A DNA stretch of 64,000 nt from positions 132,680,001 through 132,744,000 of the forward strand of contig OZ336870.1 in the NCBI GenBank assembly GCA_965287045.1. The letters run 5' to 3'. Both the position numbers and the translations under genes were made by a program. Numbering within the stretch: the stretch's first letter is position 1; each line of letters begins with the position of its first letter. Origin of the DNA: Carcharhinus amblyrhynchos. Its lineage: Eukaryota. Below, piece after piece: positions 13,485 through 28,127 of the stretch. The notes under the pieces were generated by a model. The model worked only from the letters and a program-made list of their open reading frames with translations, had not been told where the DNA came from and ran no database searches.

Positions 13485-13806
13485 GGGGCGGCACAGTGGT
13501 TAGCACTGCTGCTTCACAGCTCCAGGGACCTGAGTTCGACTTCCCCCTTGGGCCACTGTGTGAAGTTTGCACATTCTCCTCTTGTCTGCGTGGGTTTCCT
13601 CCAGGTGCTCCGGTTTCCTCCCACAGTCCAAAGATGTGTGGGTTAGATTGATTGGCCATGCTTACAATTGCCCCTTAGTGTCCTGAGAGGGATTAGTGGA
13701 TAAAATATTAAGGGATGTGGGGGTTCGGCCTGGGTGGGATTGTGGTCGGTGCAGACTCAATGGGCCTAATGGCCTCTCTCTGTACTGTAGGGTTTCTATG
13801 ATTCTG
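13485..13806 (+). mobile_element. HE1-type V-SINE, full length
   Basis: Pol III A box (ggcacagtggtt) and B box (gagttcgactt), V-domain (gtttgcacattctcc...ctgcgtgggtttcctcc...tcccacagtccaaagatgtg), CR1-derived tail (ttctatgattct). Confidence 0.92.
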
Positions 13807-14629
13807 TGAATACTCTGCAAAATAAAACTGGATGTAAAGTAGTAAATTCATAGCAGTTTATGCCCAGACAGTCTGACTCTGAGAAAATATTGTCCAGTTA
13901 AGAGGCATTACCAATTATTGCTGAATCACTAAAGGTGAATAATAGTTCAAGCTTGTTTTCGAAATATCTTTTGCTGTCCAAACTTCCAGGCCATTTAATT
14001 GTGAATTCCTTATGTTGTGTGAGTTTGATTCATTGGTGATGACATAGTCATAGTTGATGGCTTTATTTTCTTTTTCCTACATTTGGAAGTTATAAATTTA
14101 ATTGAAATTTCCCACATCCATTGCATTACATTTTTTGTGAAATTTCTGTTGATGCTACTTCCAGATTTGTCCAACTAAAATTGAAATGCTTTCTCATATT
14201 TTAGGACACTTTCTTTTATTCTCTGAAGCAATGAATGATTAAAGAAAAGTTTTAAAAAAGAAGTCAGGTGAAGGATTCATGCCTTTAATGTTAACTTCTT
14301 TACTCGCTGTTCAGATATTGACTGACCTGCTGAGTAATTCTATTATTCTCTGCTTTTCTTTTCAAAACAATGCCTCACTAAAAATGCATAAGCTACAGAA
14401 TAAGAATATAACCTCAATGCTGTAGTTTAGTCTGGAAGTTCTTTTCTGTTAGAAATGTTATACTTGAGAACATAGGGAGGTTTCCATTTCTTTAAAATGC
14501 TCCCTAATTTTCATCAAATTTTAGTTGCTTCATTCTTGCCCGAGAAAGGACTGCTAGAATAGTTTGTGCTAATATTGCTGTGATTTGGACACTCCTTTAG
14601 AGAAAAGGCATTTGGTTTTATTTCTTCGA

Positions 14630-14978
14630 GATATGTGCTTCTGTTCAGTAGTAGCATTCTTAAGTCTTGAGTCAGAGCATTGTTGGTTCAAGCAATACTC
14701 TAAAGCCTGAGCACATGATTTAGGCTCACACTTTAGTGCAGTTGTTGGTCTTGTCTTTCAGATGAAGCTGATCAGTTGGATGTAAAAGATCTGCCCTATC
14801 TGAAGAACAGCAAGGGAGTTTTTCCTTTTTTCTGGCCAATAAACTGGTTGTATTCTGTTTGAACACAAATACCTTGATGTGTTGGCAAATATAACAACAG
14901 TGACTGCATACCGAAAGTAATTGATTAAGATTATTGTGGGATGCCCCAAGGATATGAAATGTGTTACACAAATACATG
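14630..14978 (+). mobile_element. Old Deu-domain SINE (SacSINE1/AmnSINE-like)
   Basis: tRNA-like head (ctgagtcaga...ggttcaagc), Deu core (ggatgtaaaagatc...gaagaacagcaagggagtt), L2-like tail. Confidence 0.65.
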
Positions 14979-15187
14979 TTTTAATTATTTTTTTCTGTTA
15001 CCTGTGCTTAAGGTTTTTTAAGGTTACGTGATCATGTAACTGGGAGGCTGATGTATGAATGCAGTATTCTAAAAATGACACTTCTATCTCTAAATTGTAT
15101 CTCAGAAATGTCTCCAAGCACTTTATGCACTTTGAAAGACAGCAATGGTAAATGAAGGCACCATCCTTCCTGGAGTAAGACCCACAA

Positions 15188-15653
15188 ATTGCTATTGAAA
15201 GGGTACAGAGGAGATTTACAAGGATGTTGCCTGGACTGGGAGGCATGCCTTATGAAGTTAGGTTGAGGGAACTGGGTCTCTTTTCCCTGGAGAGACGTAG
15301 GTTGAGAGGCGACCTGATAGAGGTTTATAAAATGTTGAGAGGAATAGATAGGGTGGATTCTCAGAGGCTATTTCCCCGGGTTGAAATGGTCGCAACGAGA
15401 GGACACAGGTTTAAGGTGCGGGGAGGAAAGTACAGAAGTGATGTTAGGGGTAAGTTTTTCACTCAGAGGGCGGTGAGTGAATGGAATCGGCTGCCGTCAG
15501 TGGTGGTGGAGGCGAACTCGCTGGGGTCTTTTAAAAGACTTCTGGATGAGTATATGGGGTTTTATGGGATTGGGGGTTATAGATAGGTGTTGATGTGATC
15601 GGCGCAACTCGTGGGCCGAAGGGCCTGTTTGTGCTGTAGTGTTCTATGTTCTA
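15188..15653 (+). mobile_element. CR1 LINE 3' end, young
   Basis: Open 120-aa ORF2 C-terminus, CpGs retained, 3' hairpin gggccgaagggcctg and (gttctat)n tail. Confidence 0.95.
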
Positions 15654-18459
15654 AATTATGTAAATGTCTAATTTTATTTTTTAGCTATCATTCTTTAGTG
15701 TTGGTGGTTGAAGGAAAACCTGTCTGCTTCTTTAGGCCATGGGATCTTTTATGTCCATCAGAAAAAATGGACAGTTCAACAACAACTTATCCCTGAAGAT
15801 GGCTCAAGTCTTGAAGTAGGTCTTGAGCATGTCCAGCTTAGCCAAACTAAGATTTAAATGAACTTTTTTAAGTTTATTTCTGAAAATGCTTCATTTTATT
15901 ATTAAATGGATTTTAATTGAGTTTTGCTGAGTTATTTACATCATAAGTTATGATTCAAAAATGAGCAATGAATGTTAAACATTAAAAATAAGTTGTGTAA
16001 AAATCAGTATTAATAAGTGTAAATAATTGTTTATTTGTGTAGCTACTTTTTTGATAGCAGCTTTTGTTTTTTTTTTGAATTGTTCAAATTTGAAGACTTT
16101 CTACATATACATATGTTAACTGGTGTGACTGCACGTACACGTGATATGACTGTGTTGACTGGGACATTCACTCATGCTCATAAGTAGGTGGTCCATCATA
16201 AAACAATTGTAAATTAATCAAAAAGTAGTGCATGATTTAAAGTTCTTTGGATAATAATTTACTGATTTTGTTTTTAGCATAGTATTTCTGTAATATTTTA
16301 ACATTCTAGTGTGTCCAAACCAGCACTGGTTTCTGGGAGATACTGCTGTGCAGCATATTGAATCAGGAGTTGATATCTAGTTAATGACTGCTATCAATCA
16401 GAAGTAAATTACATACATTTATAAAGCCAAACCTTGCACAAAAGGCTTAGACACTAAACATAATATACCTCGTTTCATCATTGACTTTCAAGCAGAGACT
16501 AGTATTTATGACTCTGTTATTTTTTGTGATGAAATAAAAACTAGCAATTTGAGGTCTGTTTTGGTGGAGCACCATGAAATTTGTAGCTATTCAGCATTTA
16601 TAAAGATCATATTGTCAAGAAGTAAATGGACAACATGAGCTTTCTGTCAAGATTACTCTTGAGTGGGGCATCTTGTTGTGGGAGAACTAATTACACAAAT
16701 AGTGTATAAATGAACACTGCAGATTCCTTTTGTGATTTTAATTGTTGTTATCTTGAAGAATGGCATCACATAATTCTGTCAAAAACTGTCAAGGATGGAT
16801 GAGAAATTAATAATTTATTGGCTTAAAAATATATTTAGCACACAAAGTAATGGAACGATTGATAGCTAGAGAGGTTAACACATTTTACAGGCTTTCATTA
16901 GCTTTTCACTATCATATGTTGTTTGTGGCAGTGTGTGAAATAAGCTTTGTAAGAAACCTAGGTCTTGAGAACTAATTACTTCTGCCGATTGCCACACTGA
17001 TGAATAGACCTTCATTGTATCTTTCCCCAGAAGACTGGGTGCAGTCTATGATTCACGCCTGGATCTCAGTAGATATTTGATAATAATTTTAATAGATGAA
17101 TGTTGGAAGCCAGGATGATGAAGTGCCTGTTCGAGCACTGCAGCTATCGCAGCCAAACACATAACAGTCTGTCGTATGTGACTAAAATCGAGTAATGGAC
17201 CTTGCGTTCACATTTTTTAGAGGTAGCAGTTTTAAATAAAAAAGAAATGGTATTTCAGATTACAATTGATTTTTGGTGCACTATTTGTTATTTTCTGAAC
17301 TTCAACATTGTCTTCATTGCATAAATAAAAAGAGGATGGAGGGCGCACATATTTGATAAATACTTAACACATTTTCTTATAGCTGATCATTATGTGTAGG
17401 AGACTTTACTATGGTTTTAAGCCCATATTAGTGAATTAGCAACGTTATGATTTAATGGTATAATTATGTTGATGAAGCTGTAGACATAATTCAGTCACTG
17501 CCGGGAAATGCAGAATACTGATACACAAAATTATGCACTTCTTACTGAATGCTCGTACTTGTTCAGATTGTATTTCCTAAGTGAATTGTTTTACACCAGA
17601 GGCGTCTCAGGTAGTAGATTAGAAATAATTCTTCTCTTCGTGTTGTTATTTGTGTATCCTACTACAAATAATGTCTAAAGCTTGGTGGTTGAATTACTGC
17701 TTTAATACTGCTGTTTTTTCATCCATAATGCAACATTTCTGCATTTTCTATTTAGAAATAGCTATGTTGCTTATAAAATTCCAGTAAGTTAGAATAAAAA
17801 AAATCAGTGTTGTATTGAAACTGAGAAATGTTGCCTTCCACTGAATAAAAAGGTTTATCTTGCATGTAACAAATCTTCCTGTGTTGTTTTTTGGGAAGTT
17901 TTTAAACAAAGCTCCAAATGAAAGAGGGAATTCTTCAGGCTGTGTCGGAGAGCATTCTTTCAATTTGACATGAACAGATAAAAAGATTAGTGTTACCTTT
18001 TTATTGTATTTTGCTGAATAAAATTAGGTGTGCTTGACATTTTGCCTCCTAAAATATAAAGAAAATAATCTAATGTCATTTATTTTAAATATATTACCTT
18101 GTCTTTATGTAGCAATGGGTCTTTAAAATACCAGTAAAAGAAAAGAGATGCATTTTCTTGTATAACTCTATGCCTCGGGGGCTAAATGTAATGAATATTT
18201 TAAGAGATTATTTTAATTAAATTTCTGCACGTCTAAATAGAGTAATATTTTATTATCTCTCATATATGTGCATTACAGTACTGTTCATTAAAGTTAACAC
18301 TTTCTGGACTGAGAATGCAAGGAGTGATTTACTGACCTTGTGCGAAAACACACAAATTGGGAAGAAAAATGATGAAGGGGTAGACTTTGATTAATATAGG
18401 TAATGCTATACCATATTTATAATGGCTTTTTCCCTATTCTGGTTTATAAACGCAGTCAC

Positions 18460-18591
18460 NNNNNNNNNNNNNNNNNNNNNNNNNNNNNNNNNNNNNNNNN
18501 NNNNNNNNNNNNNNNNNNNNNNNNNNNNNNNNNNNNNNNNNNNNNNNNNNNNNNNNNNNNNNNNNNNNNNNNNNNNNNNNNNNNNNNNNNN
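18460..18591. other. Assembly gap (132 N)
   Basis: Run of N. Confidence 1.
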
Positions 18592-18775
18592 GAAGAAAAT
18601 GGAAAGGGGTTTCTTAGTCTGGAAGGTGATATTGTTATTTTCAAGGACAAACCTAACTTAAAGATTGCAGACTGCAAAAATGACCAACCAAACAAGGAGA
18701 TCTTTATTCAGCACTTATGTGCTACCATGCTGTTTGATAATTGCTAACATATGTGCTGCCTCTGTTTCATTGCAG

Positions 18776-18900
18776 TCGTCCTCGTGAGTTCTGGCGCCTT
18801 GACTACTGGGAAGATGACTTGCGGCGCCGCAGACGATTCGTTCGCAACTCTTTTGGATCAACACATCCTGAAGCAGCACTTAAAGCAGCAACTGAACACG
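18776..18900 (+). CDS. LRBA: LRBA coding exon (DUF1088 region upstream of PH-BEACH), 125 bp
   Basis: ttgcag acceptor and G|gttagt donor. Translates (x)[41 protein letters not shown], matching the conserved LRBA/NBEA motif [20 protein letters not shown]. Not captured by the ORF track. Ends in phase 1, compatible with the exon at 60047. Confidence 0.95.
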
Positions 18901-20779
18901 GTTAGTTTCATAGAGAATTGGTTTCTTATTGGCAGTAGGGTATACAAGAATACAATTAGTTATATTTGTAAGACCACTTAAGCTGTGCCACAGCACATGC
19001 TTGTATGTCAAATAACTTATTTTGAAGTATAAACATTTGCTGAATAGTTCCATATCATCTCACCAGACAAAGGTGCTTGAATTTACTTTTGGTTTGTGGT
19101 ATATTGCACAACAAAGTAGCTAAAACAGAAAACATGTGATTCAATGTGGTATTTTATTAATCCATCTTTTTACATATTTAGACAATTTTTTTATAAGTCC
19201 ATCCCCCTTTCAATGCAGACACATCTTAATTTAAAAAGAACTCTAAAATTTTATGTGACCAAGACTGAAATAATACACTTAAATACTTAGTGCTTCTTTT
19301 CAAGAAAATATTTGGATGAGGAAATTGAAAGAACAAACTAATAACTTCATGACAGAATAGGATGTAAACCAACATGAAATAGAATAAGGCCAAAGATTGT
19401 CTTGTTTGGTGAACAAATTCTGCATTAGAAAATCAAATAAGAAAGGACACTAGTACAGAGTGCCTTTCTGATTTTTAAATAAACTAATGCTATTCTTGTA
19501 GTTGTTTGGAAGACTGATTAAATTTATTTTCTTTAGTTTTCTGTCTTTCCCATGATGCTTGTTTGTCCCCAAAAGCCCTTTTTTAAATCACAGTCTGTAT
19601 TCTAATGATCATTGGATTGGAGCTATAATTTAATGAGCTATAATATTGATTAGTACCCCTATAGAAACAGATTTATTTAACCTGATCGTGCACTTGGTCA
19701 TTTTTAACTGCAATGAAAACTAATTAACAAGCATTGATTACCTTGCAAAAGTAACAGAGTGAATACTGCAAAATACTAGTGCAGAATACTTATTTCATTG
19801 GTGTGTGCTGGTAGTAAAGCTGTGCTCCCGTCTCTTGAAGATGTTGTGTTTGGAAATAACTTCAGTTATTACCAGTGAACAATTGTAAAAGCAAAATCTT
19901 TTTGAAGTTCAGTAACCATTATACAGTATTATGTACCACTGATTTTGAAACATTCTAAAATCAGATTTGATTGCATGAATATGTCCATATCAGTTTGGAA
20001 TTAAGCATTTTTGTTTTACTAGCATACTTTCAGAAAATTGATTATTGCAGTGGTTTCCAATTTCAACTTTTAGAAGTATTTCTTACAAAGGAAATGGAGT
20101 GGCACAATCAGTTGTATTTTGGTTTCTGTCTAGTAGTTTAACCTATTGCACCCTGCCTTAAAGAGGTATTTCTGGAAGAAAATGTTCACAATATGTCACA
20201 GGATAACACTGCAGTCGTGACATCTGTATTCAAGATGAATGGCCAGGCTGACACTAGTCAATAAGAATGTGATCTAAAAGCAATAACTGTACCAAATCCA
20301 GAGATCCTTGGAGACTCGAGCAGGACCAAATAGGTGAAGTGCACAGCTGGGCTACTTCTGCCTAAAGACTTTTGATGTAATCTACTGCTCATATTAGCAG
20401 CATACATTTAAATCAATAAAATATGTATTTTCCCTATTGTTACATGGAATTGTTTTTCTAGATGTGGACAACAGCAATATTTCCTAAAATGGTGACATAA
20501 GCTACTGAGTTGGTGCTCCTGATTGTCTCTTCCAAAACTGTTTCAACTTGTTACCTTTCTGTCTGCCTTCAAATGCATCCTTAATGTTCAATGCTTCAAC
20601 AATGCCTTTATTTTATTCCTACCACTTTCATTTCCTCCTTGTGTGGAATGTGACATGTTCTACTTAAATGCAAGTTAATAGCTATGTTATAGACAAATAC
20701 ATAATGTTATTTGCAGTTAATATTCCTCCTTTGACTTGCCATCCATTTGAATAATACCTCTAACGTGTCATGATATGTA

Positions 20780-20930
20780 TTTTTTTAATTCATTCGTGGG
20801 GCATGGGCGATGCTGGCTGGCCAGATTTATTGCTGTTGGGCAATTGAGAGTCAACACATTGCTATGGCTCTGGAGTCGCATGTAGGCCAGACCAAGTAAG
20901 GCCGGCAGACTTCTTTCCTTAAAGGACGTT
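20780..20930 (-). mobile_element. Short non-autonomous LINE-related/SINE fragment
   Basis: Reverse complement shares sequence with the 5' part of the LINE at 8880-8960 and ends in gaatgaattaaaaaaa. Confidence 0.5.
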
Positions 20931-21999
20931 TTGACACTAAAGACACTAAATTCTTGTTATCAAGAAACTACAGCAGTCTTGTATCTTACTTGCTAGAATG
21001 CTAGTCCAGATTTTAGTCCACAAAGAATTATTATTTTGAAATAGCTTTTTATTTTACTAGTGTTAATTTCATTTTAAACCTCAAGTTGAAGCCTTGTACC
21101 TGTTGCAATATGCAATTGTGTCATGGCCCAGAGAGCTCTAAATATACAATGATCGGTTGAAACCCAACAAGTTGATGTGATGTGTCTGGTGCATGGGTGA
21201 AGAGAGTTAGCATGCTTTTGGATTTTGTGTACAAGTTTGCTTTTCATCTTCAGACCATGCTGGTAGCTAACAGCAACATGAAAAAGGGAGCCCTATGTAT
21301 TAGTCTCCCCCTGTCAGTACACAGCCTTTCAGAGCTCAACTGAACCCCCTCGTGGTGACGCATCGAAAATTTCAGAGGAACTCGAAGGAAATTTAGCTAT
21401 TCGTGAACCAAACTCCGAGCTTCAGCCAAACAGCTCAGCTGCCTTGTGGGTACCTTTGGAAAGTCTGGGGTGGAGTCCAAAGGTGTTCTTTCTGAAAACA
21501 CCCCGTACCAAGCCACAGAGTGCTTTGGATTTCCTTTGGACTCAACTGGGGTGGTTGAGAGGGGAACCCTGATGTTTGAACAGCCCAGGGTTTCCATAAA
21601 CAGGTTTGCATCCTGAGACCACACCTTAGCTTCATGACTGTGTGTTAACACAACACGGGAGACATCCTGAGACCAACTCAGTTGGCATAGGATACAGGTG
21701 CTACAAACTCTCCAGCGGGAAGGACCACCATGTCCCACTGGTCAGCAACCATGAGCTAAAATGAAATGTTGGATCTATTCTCTCCCCACAGATGCTATCA
21801 AACCTGCTGAGATTTTCCAGCATTTTCTGCTTTTATAACACGTAACATAATGTAGATCAGCATAGCACAAACCATCATTTAGGAGATGAAAGGCTGCCAT
21901 ATTTCAGTTGAGATCCATGTACCTATATTGGTTTCTTAAAGCTGCAGCAATGAAAAAATATCTCCTGGTTTATTACCTTCAACAAAGGGAAGCATATTA

Positions 22000-22400
22000 T
22001 GTTGATTAGATAAGGAAGGTTTCAATAGGTTTTTAAAAATGGAATGGACAGAGAAACTATTCATAGCAGCTGTCTGTGATCCAGTAGAAATGGCTAGCAA
22101 ACTCAAGAAACATCAATTTCACATGGTGGTGGAGTGGGAATTATACAGCTGGAGAAGATCACAGATGGGGAAAGGTTGCCGTGATTTTAACAACAAGGAT
22201 GAGAATTTTAAAATCAATGCATATCTTAACTAGGAGCAGTATACGTCAACAAACACAGGAGATTGGTGAGTGGGACTTACAGTGAGTTAGGATACAGGGT
22301 GCAGAGTTTACAATAATATCAAATTTGATTAAGCTAGGTCTAGGAGTACGCAAGAGCAATCAAGTCTAGAGATAAGAAAGGCATGGATCAGCAGCAAATC
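22000..22400 (-). mobile_element. L2 LINE fragments
   Basis: Purine-rich L2 antisense signature (aggatgagaattttaaaatc...gtgggacttacagtgagttaggatacagg); similar pieces at 26400-26540, 26830-27420 and 49200-49730. Confidence 0.6.
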
Positions 22401-23142
22401 TTGAGCTTTGTTTAGAGCTTGCTGGTTAAGGTTTCAATGTTTCTTGCTCAGCCAGTATCTGAGAGTTTTCACTGTCAACTATTTACATTGCACAATCACA
22501 TAATTTAGAAGTTTGCTTCTGAATGCATTTTGTTTTCAATATTGTTGGCATTAAACTGCCATCAATCAATTTTAACAAAGTCAGGGTGGTCATTAGTGCA
22601 GACTTGCCATTTAGCAGGTTTTGTCTTTATCAAGGTTACAGTTCAAAATAGAGAATTCATCTGGCACATAGTTCATTGTGGTAGTTGGCGTAAAATATAA
22701 AAAGATTTCTTGCATGATCTTTGGATTGTGCTATCATTTACATAGATATTGGGCAGGAAAAGTATGCATTCTGATTGTAGGGGACACAAGGTAATGGCCA
22801 GCATATTCAATCATATAGAAGGTAATCACAAAACATGATGGGAAAATAAGAAGTTGGAACAATAAAGTCATTGTGAAGAAAATTCAATGTTGAGAAAAAT
22901 TAATGTTGTTGTATTGCAGAAAGTGATTGAATGTATCTTAGAGCTTAGATGAGTGTTTCAGAGGGCGCACAACTAGTGCATGAACCAGAAAAGAGAGATT
23001 AGGAATATGAATCAGATAACAATTGAGTAAGTGGGACAATCATATCATGCTTCCTATTTAGAGCTTTTTAAACAAATTAATTGAATTTTAAAGCTTTTCA
23101 TGTGAATACCTGGGTTTTGACAACAAATGTAAACTTTCTCAG

Positions 23143-24070
23143 AGTCATAGAGGTTTACAGCATGGAAGCAGGTTCTTCAGCCCAACTTGTCCATGCTGCC
23201 CTTTGTTTTCAAAAGCCCTAAACATGTACCCCTAGATCTCTTTGTTCTGTAACTCTCCCCAATGCCCTACCATTAAGTAAGTCCTGCCCTGATTCAATCT
23301 ACCAAAATGCATCATCTCGCATTTGTCTAAATTAAATTCCACCTGCCATTCGTCAACCCACTGGCCCAATTGATCAAGATCCTGTTGCAATTGGAGATAA
23401 TTTTCTTCACTGTCCACTATGCCACAATTTAGTCTCATCTGCAAACTTACTAACTATGCCTCCTAGATTCTCATCCAAATCATTAATATAAATAATAAAT
23501 AACAGTGGACCCAGCATTGATCCCTGAGGCACACTGCTGGTCACAGGCCTCCAGTTTGAAAAAGTCTCTGCAACCACAACTTCTGTTGTGAAGCCAATGT
23601 TGTATCCATTTAGATACCTCACCCTGAATCCCATGAGATTTAGCCGTATGCAACAAACTGCCATGCGGTACCTTGTCAAAGGCCTTGCTAAAGTCATGTA
23701 GACAACATCAACTGCACTGTCGTCGTCTGCCTTCTTGGTTACCTCTTCAAAAAACTCAGTCAAATTTGTGAGACATGATTTTCCACTCACAAAGCCATGC
23801 TGACTGTCCTTAATCAGTCCTTGTGACCCTAAATGCCTGTCGATCCTGTCTCTCAAAATACCTTGCAACAATTCATCCACCACAGATGTAAAGCTCACTG
23901 GCCTGTAGTTCCCAGGCTTTTCCCTGCAATCCTTTTTAAATAAAGGCACAACATCTGCCACTCTCCAATCTTCAGGCACTTCACTCGTGACTATCGATGA
24001 TTCAAATATCTCAGCTAGGGGAGCCTGCAATTTTCTCCCTAGCCTCCCACAATGTCCTGGGATACACTTC
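23143..24070 (-). mobile_element. CR1 LINE RT fragment with internal deletion and 3' tail
   Basis: [15 protein letters not shown]...PGNYRPVS...[14 protein letters not shown]...[12 protein letters not shown]...FADETKL. Confidence 0.93.
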
Positions 24071-27000
24071 ATTCTAATCAAATCACTAATCTGATCTAAT
24101 CGCTTCTTTCTAACTAACCAGTGTTGCACATACTTAGTTTTCACATTTTTATTTGCATGTTTTTTTTAAATTGAATTTTTAAAGCTTTTCGTGAAAATAA
24201 CGTCTTCTTTTGTTGAAAGTTATAAAATGTCAACATTTTAATTAAATTTCTGTTCTGTACATCATATATCCATTTTCCATTATGCCCTTTGTCCAATCCC
24301 CGATATTCTCATGCTTCACACTGCTTACTCACTAACTGAACTATCCTTTTATCCCTATTACTGGGTATTACTCCCCTTCCAAATAATTACCCTCAAATGT
24401 TCAATGACTTAAATGCCCAAATTCTCAGTTCCCTGCAGTTCTTACCACATACCACCTGACTTCTTCAAATAATTACTGTACCCCACACTTATCCAATCCT
24501 TGGTTATTCAGTGCCTCTTCACTTATCTCGCATCATTATTTTCCCCAAGCTCTGGTTTCGTCAGCTTCCACATGTTTCCATACTCTCCAAGTTCTTTACA
24601 AATTCAGCATCCATTATCCAGTTTGTCTGCTGATTTATTGAGAGTTGTGCCATGGAAAATCCACTTTCATATGAAAGTTTATTTTGACTTCCAGTGAGCA
24701 ATGCCATGGAAAAACAACTATTATAAATTATTATTGTGTACAGATCTCTCAGATTGTCCAGTGCAAAATCCTGCATTGCAGTTTTCAAAAAACAAAGTTG
24801 CTCACTTTTAACATACAAGATACTAGAACCGTAATGATTGTAGGTTCTTAATACACTTTCCCACAAGCCAAACAAGGATTTTTGACCTCCTTTCCAAGTA
24901 GCACATTTACTCGACCAAATGCTCTCCCGGCATCCTAAAACTGATGAGCAAATTCCAATCTGTTTCTTTTTCATAAAACTTTCATTAAATTTTGACTTGA
25001 GCAGAATAACATATTGTGCAGAACTTTGTCACTTCAATTTTTTTTATAGTGTCATTGAACTTGCCATGAGAAATGCCACAGGTAATTTAATGCACACTGC
25101 CGATCCCCGTGACATTAGTCAATATTGAAAGTTTATTTTTTAAATTTCTGTTCTGAAATTTCTTTTGCTCATCTTTTTCCTGTCTGTCTTTGAATTTTCA
25201 CTAGCCCTTCAACATTCAGAAAAATAATCAAGCATTCTCTTTGTGATAAATTCATTTAAATTTGTTGCAAACTAGTTTGAGTTATTGTGGCATTGTTTCT
25301 ATTTTCAGCAAATTTGCAGTGATATCATCATTAAATATTATTTTAGCTTGCCTCACTCCTGGATATTTTTCAAATATTGAAACTCTAAATGATCATAACC
25401 ACAAATTATAATCATTATTTTACTCACTACATTTCCTCTAAACTTATTGTATATCCAGGATGTCATACACAATATAATTCATTACTGTGATGTCACACTC
25501 TCTCATCTTAATACTGGATCTAATAACAGGTCAGATTTAATATGCTTTAGTATTATTATTAATGGAAATGGGACATTAGAGAATGAGACCTAATGATGAT
25601 TCCTGATGAACTATGTCCTGACTTTTGTTTTTGGGAGATGTAGGTAAAATGTTCAACTTTAAAATATGATTTTTTTTTTGGTTTCATTAATTGGATGTTT
25701 TTTCTTTGAAAACTAATATATTTGTTGAAAATATGCTTTGATTTATTATTGTTACATGTATTAGTAAACAATGAAAAGTACTGTTCACTATATTGCGGAC
25801 TATACAGACAAAGCATACCATACATAGAGAATGAAAGGAGAGAGTGGAGAATGTAGTGTTACAGTCATAGTTAGGGTGTAAAGAAAAATCAACTTAATAC
25901 AAGGTTGGTCCATTCAAAAGCCTGATGGCAGCAAGGAAGAAGCTGTTTTTGAGTCAGTTGGCATGTGATCTCAGACTTCTGTATCTTTTTCCCAACAGAA
26001 GAAGGTGCAAGAGAGCATGCCTGGGGTGCGTGGGATCCTTGATTATGATGGCTGCTTTTTCAAGGCAGCAGGAAGTGTACACAATGTCAGTGGATGGGGT
26101 GGCTGATTTGAGTGATGGACTGGATTGAGTGAGGACATGAATTCTGATTTAGTTTGATCAATATTTATTTCTGGTTCAATGGCTACATCAGCTTGCTTAA
26201 TGACACTAAAGACATTGAAACACTTTTTTCTTAAATAGTAGCTAGCCTGTGGTGGTTGGAAGTACTTATAATATTCCAATTGCTATATAGTCTTACCAAA
26301 GAACAAATTATTACAATTTAGGGTTTTGCAATTTTTTTACATGCCAACTACAAAGTTCATTTCTAAAGCTTTCATTGGATGGAATATTTGAGTTGCTTTT
26401 AACATAGAAAAAGTGGAAAGTTTCACAGAAATGTAATTAAACAAAAATGGATCCAACCAAAAGAAGAGAATATTAGAATAAGTGACTAAAATGTTGACCA
26501 AAGATATGAGCCTTAAAAAGGACTTTAGAGGTTAGATAGGTTTAGAAATTAACTTTTTAAACTCAAAAAAACCAGAGTACTAAAAATGCATTCATAACTA
26601 GTGGGATGAATGAACTGGTGGCTATTAATAGGATCCAAGCTGGTTAGTGAAACAGAAACCAGTATGCATCTTTATATTTTTGATAGAATTTATTGACTTT
26701 GTTCAGTTGAATAGCTGACTTTCCACACATCCAATCTCTCAGCCATCCTCTTTTTACATGTGCTTCATGTACTTAATTAAACAATGCCCTTCACCTTTGT
26801 ATCCTAACAATGTAATTAACATGCATTAACAGTGGCTGCTTCAGAAAGAGGCCTGAATTAAGTGAGAGGTCTTGAGGGTTGAGGCATAGCAATATTTATA
26901 AAAAAATAGGATGAAGAATTTAAAGCTGAGTCATGGATGAACCCGAAGACAGTGTAGGTCACCGAGCATAGTAATGGATATTAAAACAGAAAATGCTGGA

Positions 27001-28127
27001 ATTTTCTCACACATCTGACAGCATCTGTGAAGAGAGGATAGAGCCAAAGTTTTGTGTTGGATGACCCTTCGGGAGAGCTCATTTCCAGTTACAGCATCTG
27101 ACGTTTTCGCTTTCATCATTGGTAGTGAGTTGGTGCAAGTTACAAAACGGGCAACAGAGATTTTGATGAGTTCACATTTCAGGAAAATGAGGAAAGGGAG
27201 TCCATCCAGGAAGGCATTGGCATAGCCGAGGCTGGAAGTATCAAAAGGCAAGGATGAAAGTTTAGACAACAAATGGACAAAGACAAGAGTGGTGATGGAT
27301 AATGTTAGGAAGATAGGTGTCTTTACGATGGAGAAGAAATGTGATTTGAATCTTGGCTGGGGTCAGAAAAGATGATAGCGTTACAAGCAATTTGGATTAA
27401 CCAAGAATGAGGCTGGGGAGTGAAAACATAAGGTGATGAAGATCAAAGAAGATGGCTTAAACTCTTGTTGCACTCTGATATCACAAATGCAGTCGAGGAG
27501 ATAGAGAAGCTTACAAAATAATGTTCTATTGATGTCCTTGGTTTGTATGTAGGACTTTGACTTGGGGCCCCACGTGACTTCAGATAAGTAATGTTGGTCA
27601 CGCCATATATCTTTCTATGAGACAAGATGGATTTAGTCAAAATCATTATTACACACCAGCAAAAAGCAAAAGTTTCATTTTTCAAGTGTGCAAATCAGTC
27701 TAGGTAACACATAGCCTTGACCAATGAATGAAGAGTTATACAGACAGACCCATCAGTTGAGCCTTTGTAAATGACATTCTTTGCAGACCTTTCAAACAAA
27801 TGCAGTAGCCACTCAATTTCTATCATGGGGCTTCCCATACTTTTTCCTATTGTGACCCTTCAGAGCAGCTGAGAGAGCAGGGATTGGAGAGACCTGTGAA
27901 GGTTTTAGGATTTTAATCTTAACTTGCTTTTAAAAATTGACCATTTTCATGGGTTTTTTTGAGCAGTAATCCAGCCTCAAGCATTAGACATTTAGGCCAG
28001 ACTTATTATTTAAAAGAGAAGTGAGGATTTAAAGGGGCTTCACAGTTGTTAAGATTCAGTTGCAGCTCTACAACATTGCTGCTGCAGAGCTCTCAACGGC
28101 AGAATCAGCTGGAAACCCGACCCTCAG

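Noticed and set aside
13485-13560. tRNA gene
   Set aside because: The A/B boxes belong to a SINE head that continues into the V-domain and tail.
18751-18981. 76-aa ORF in the ORF track
   Set aside because: Wrong frame over the real LRBA exon 18776-18900.
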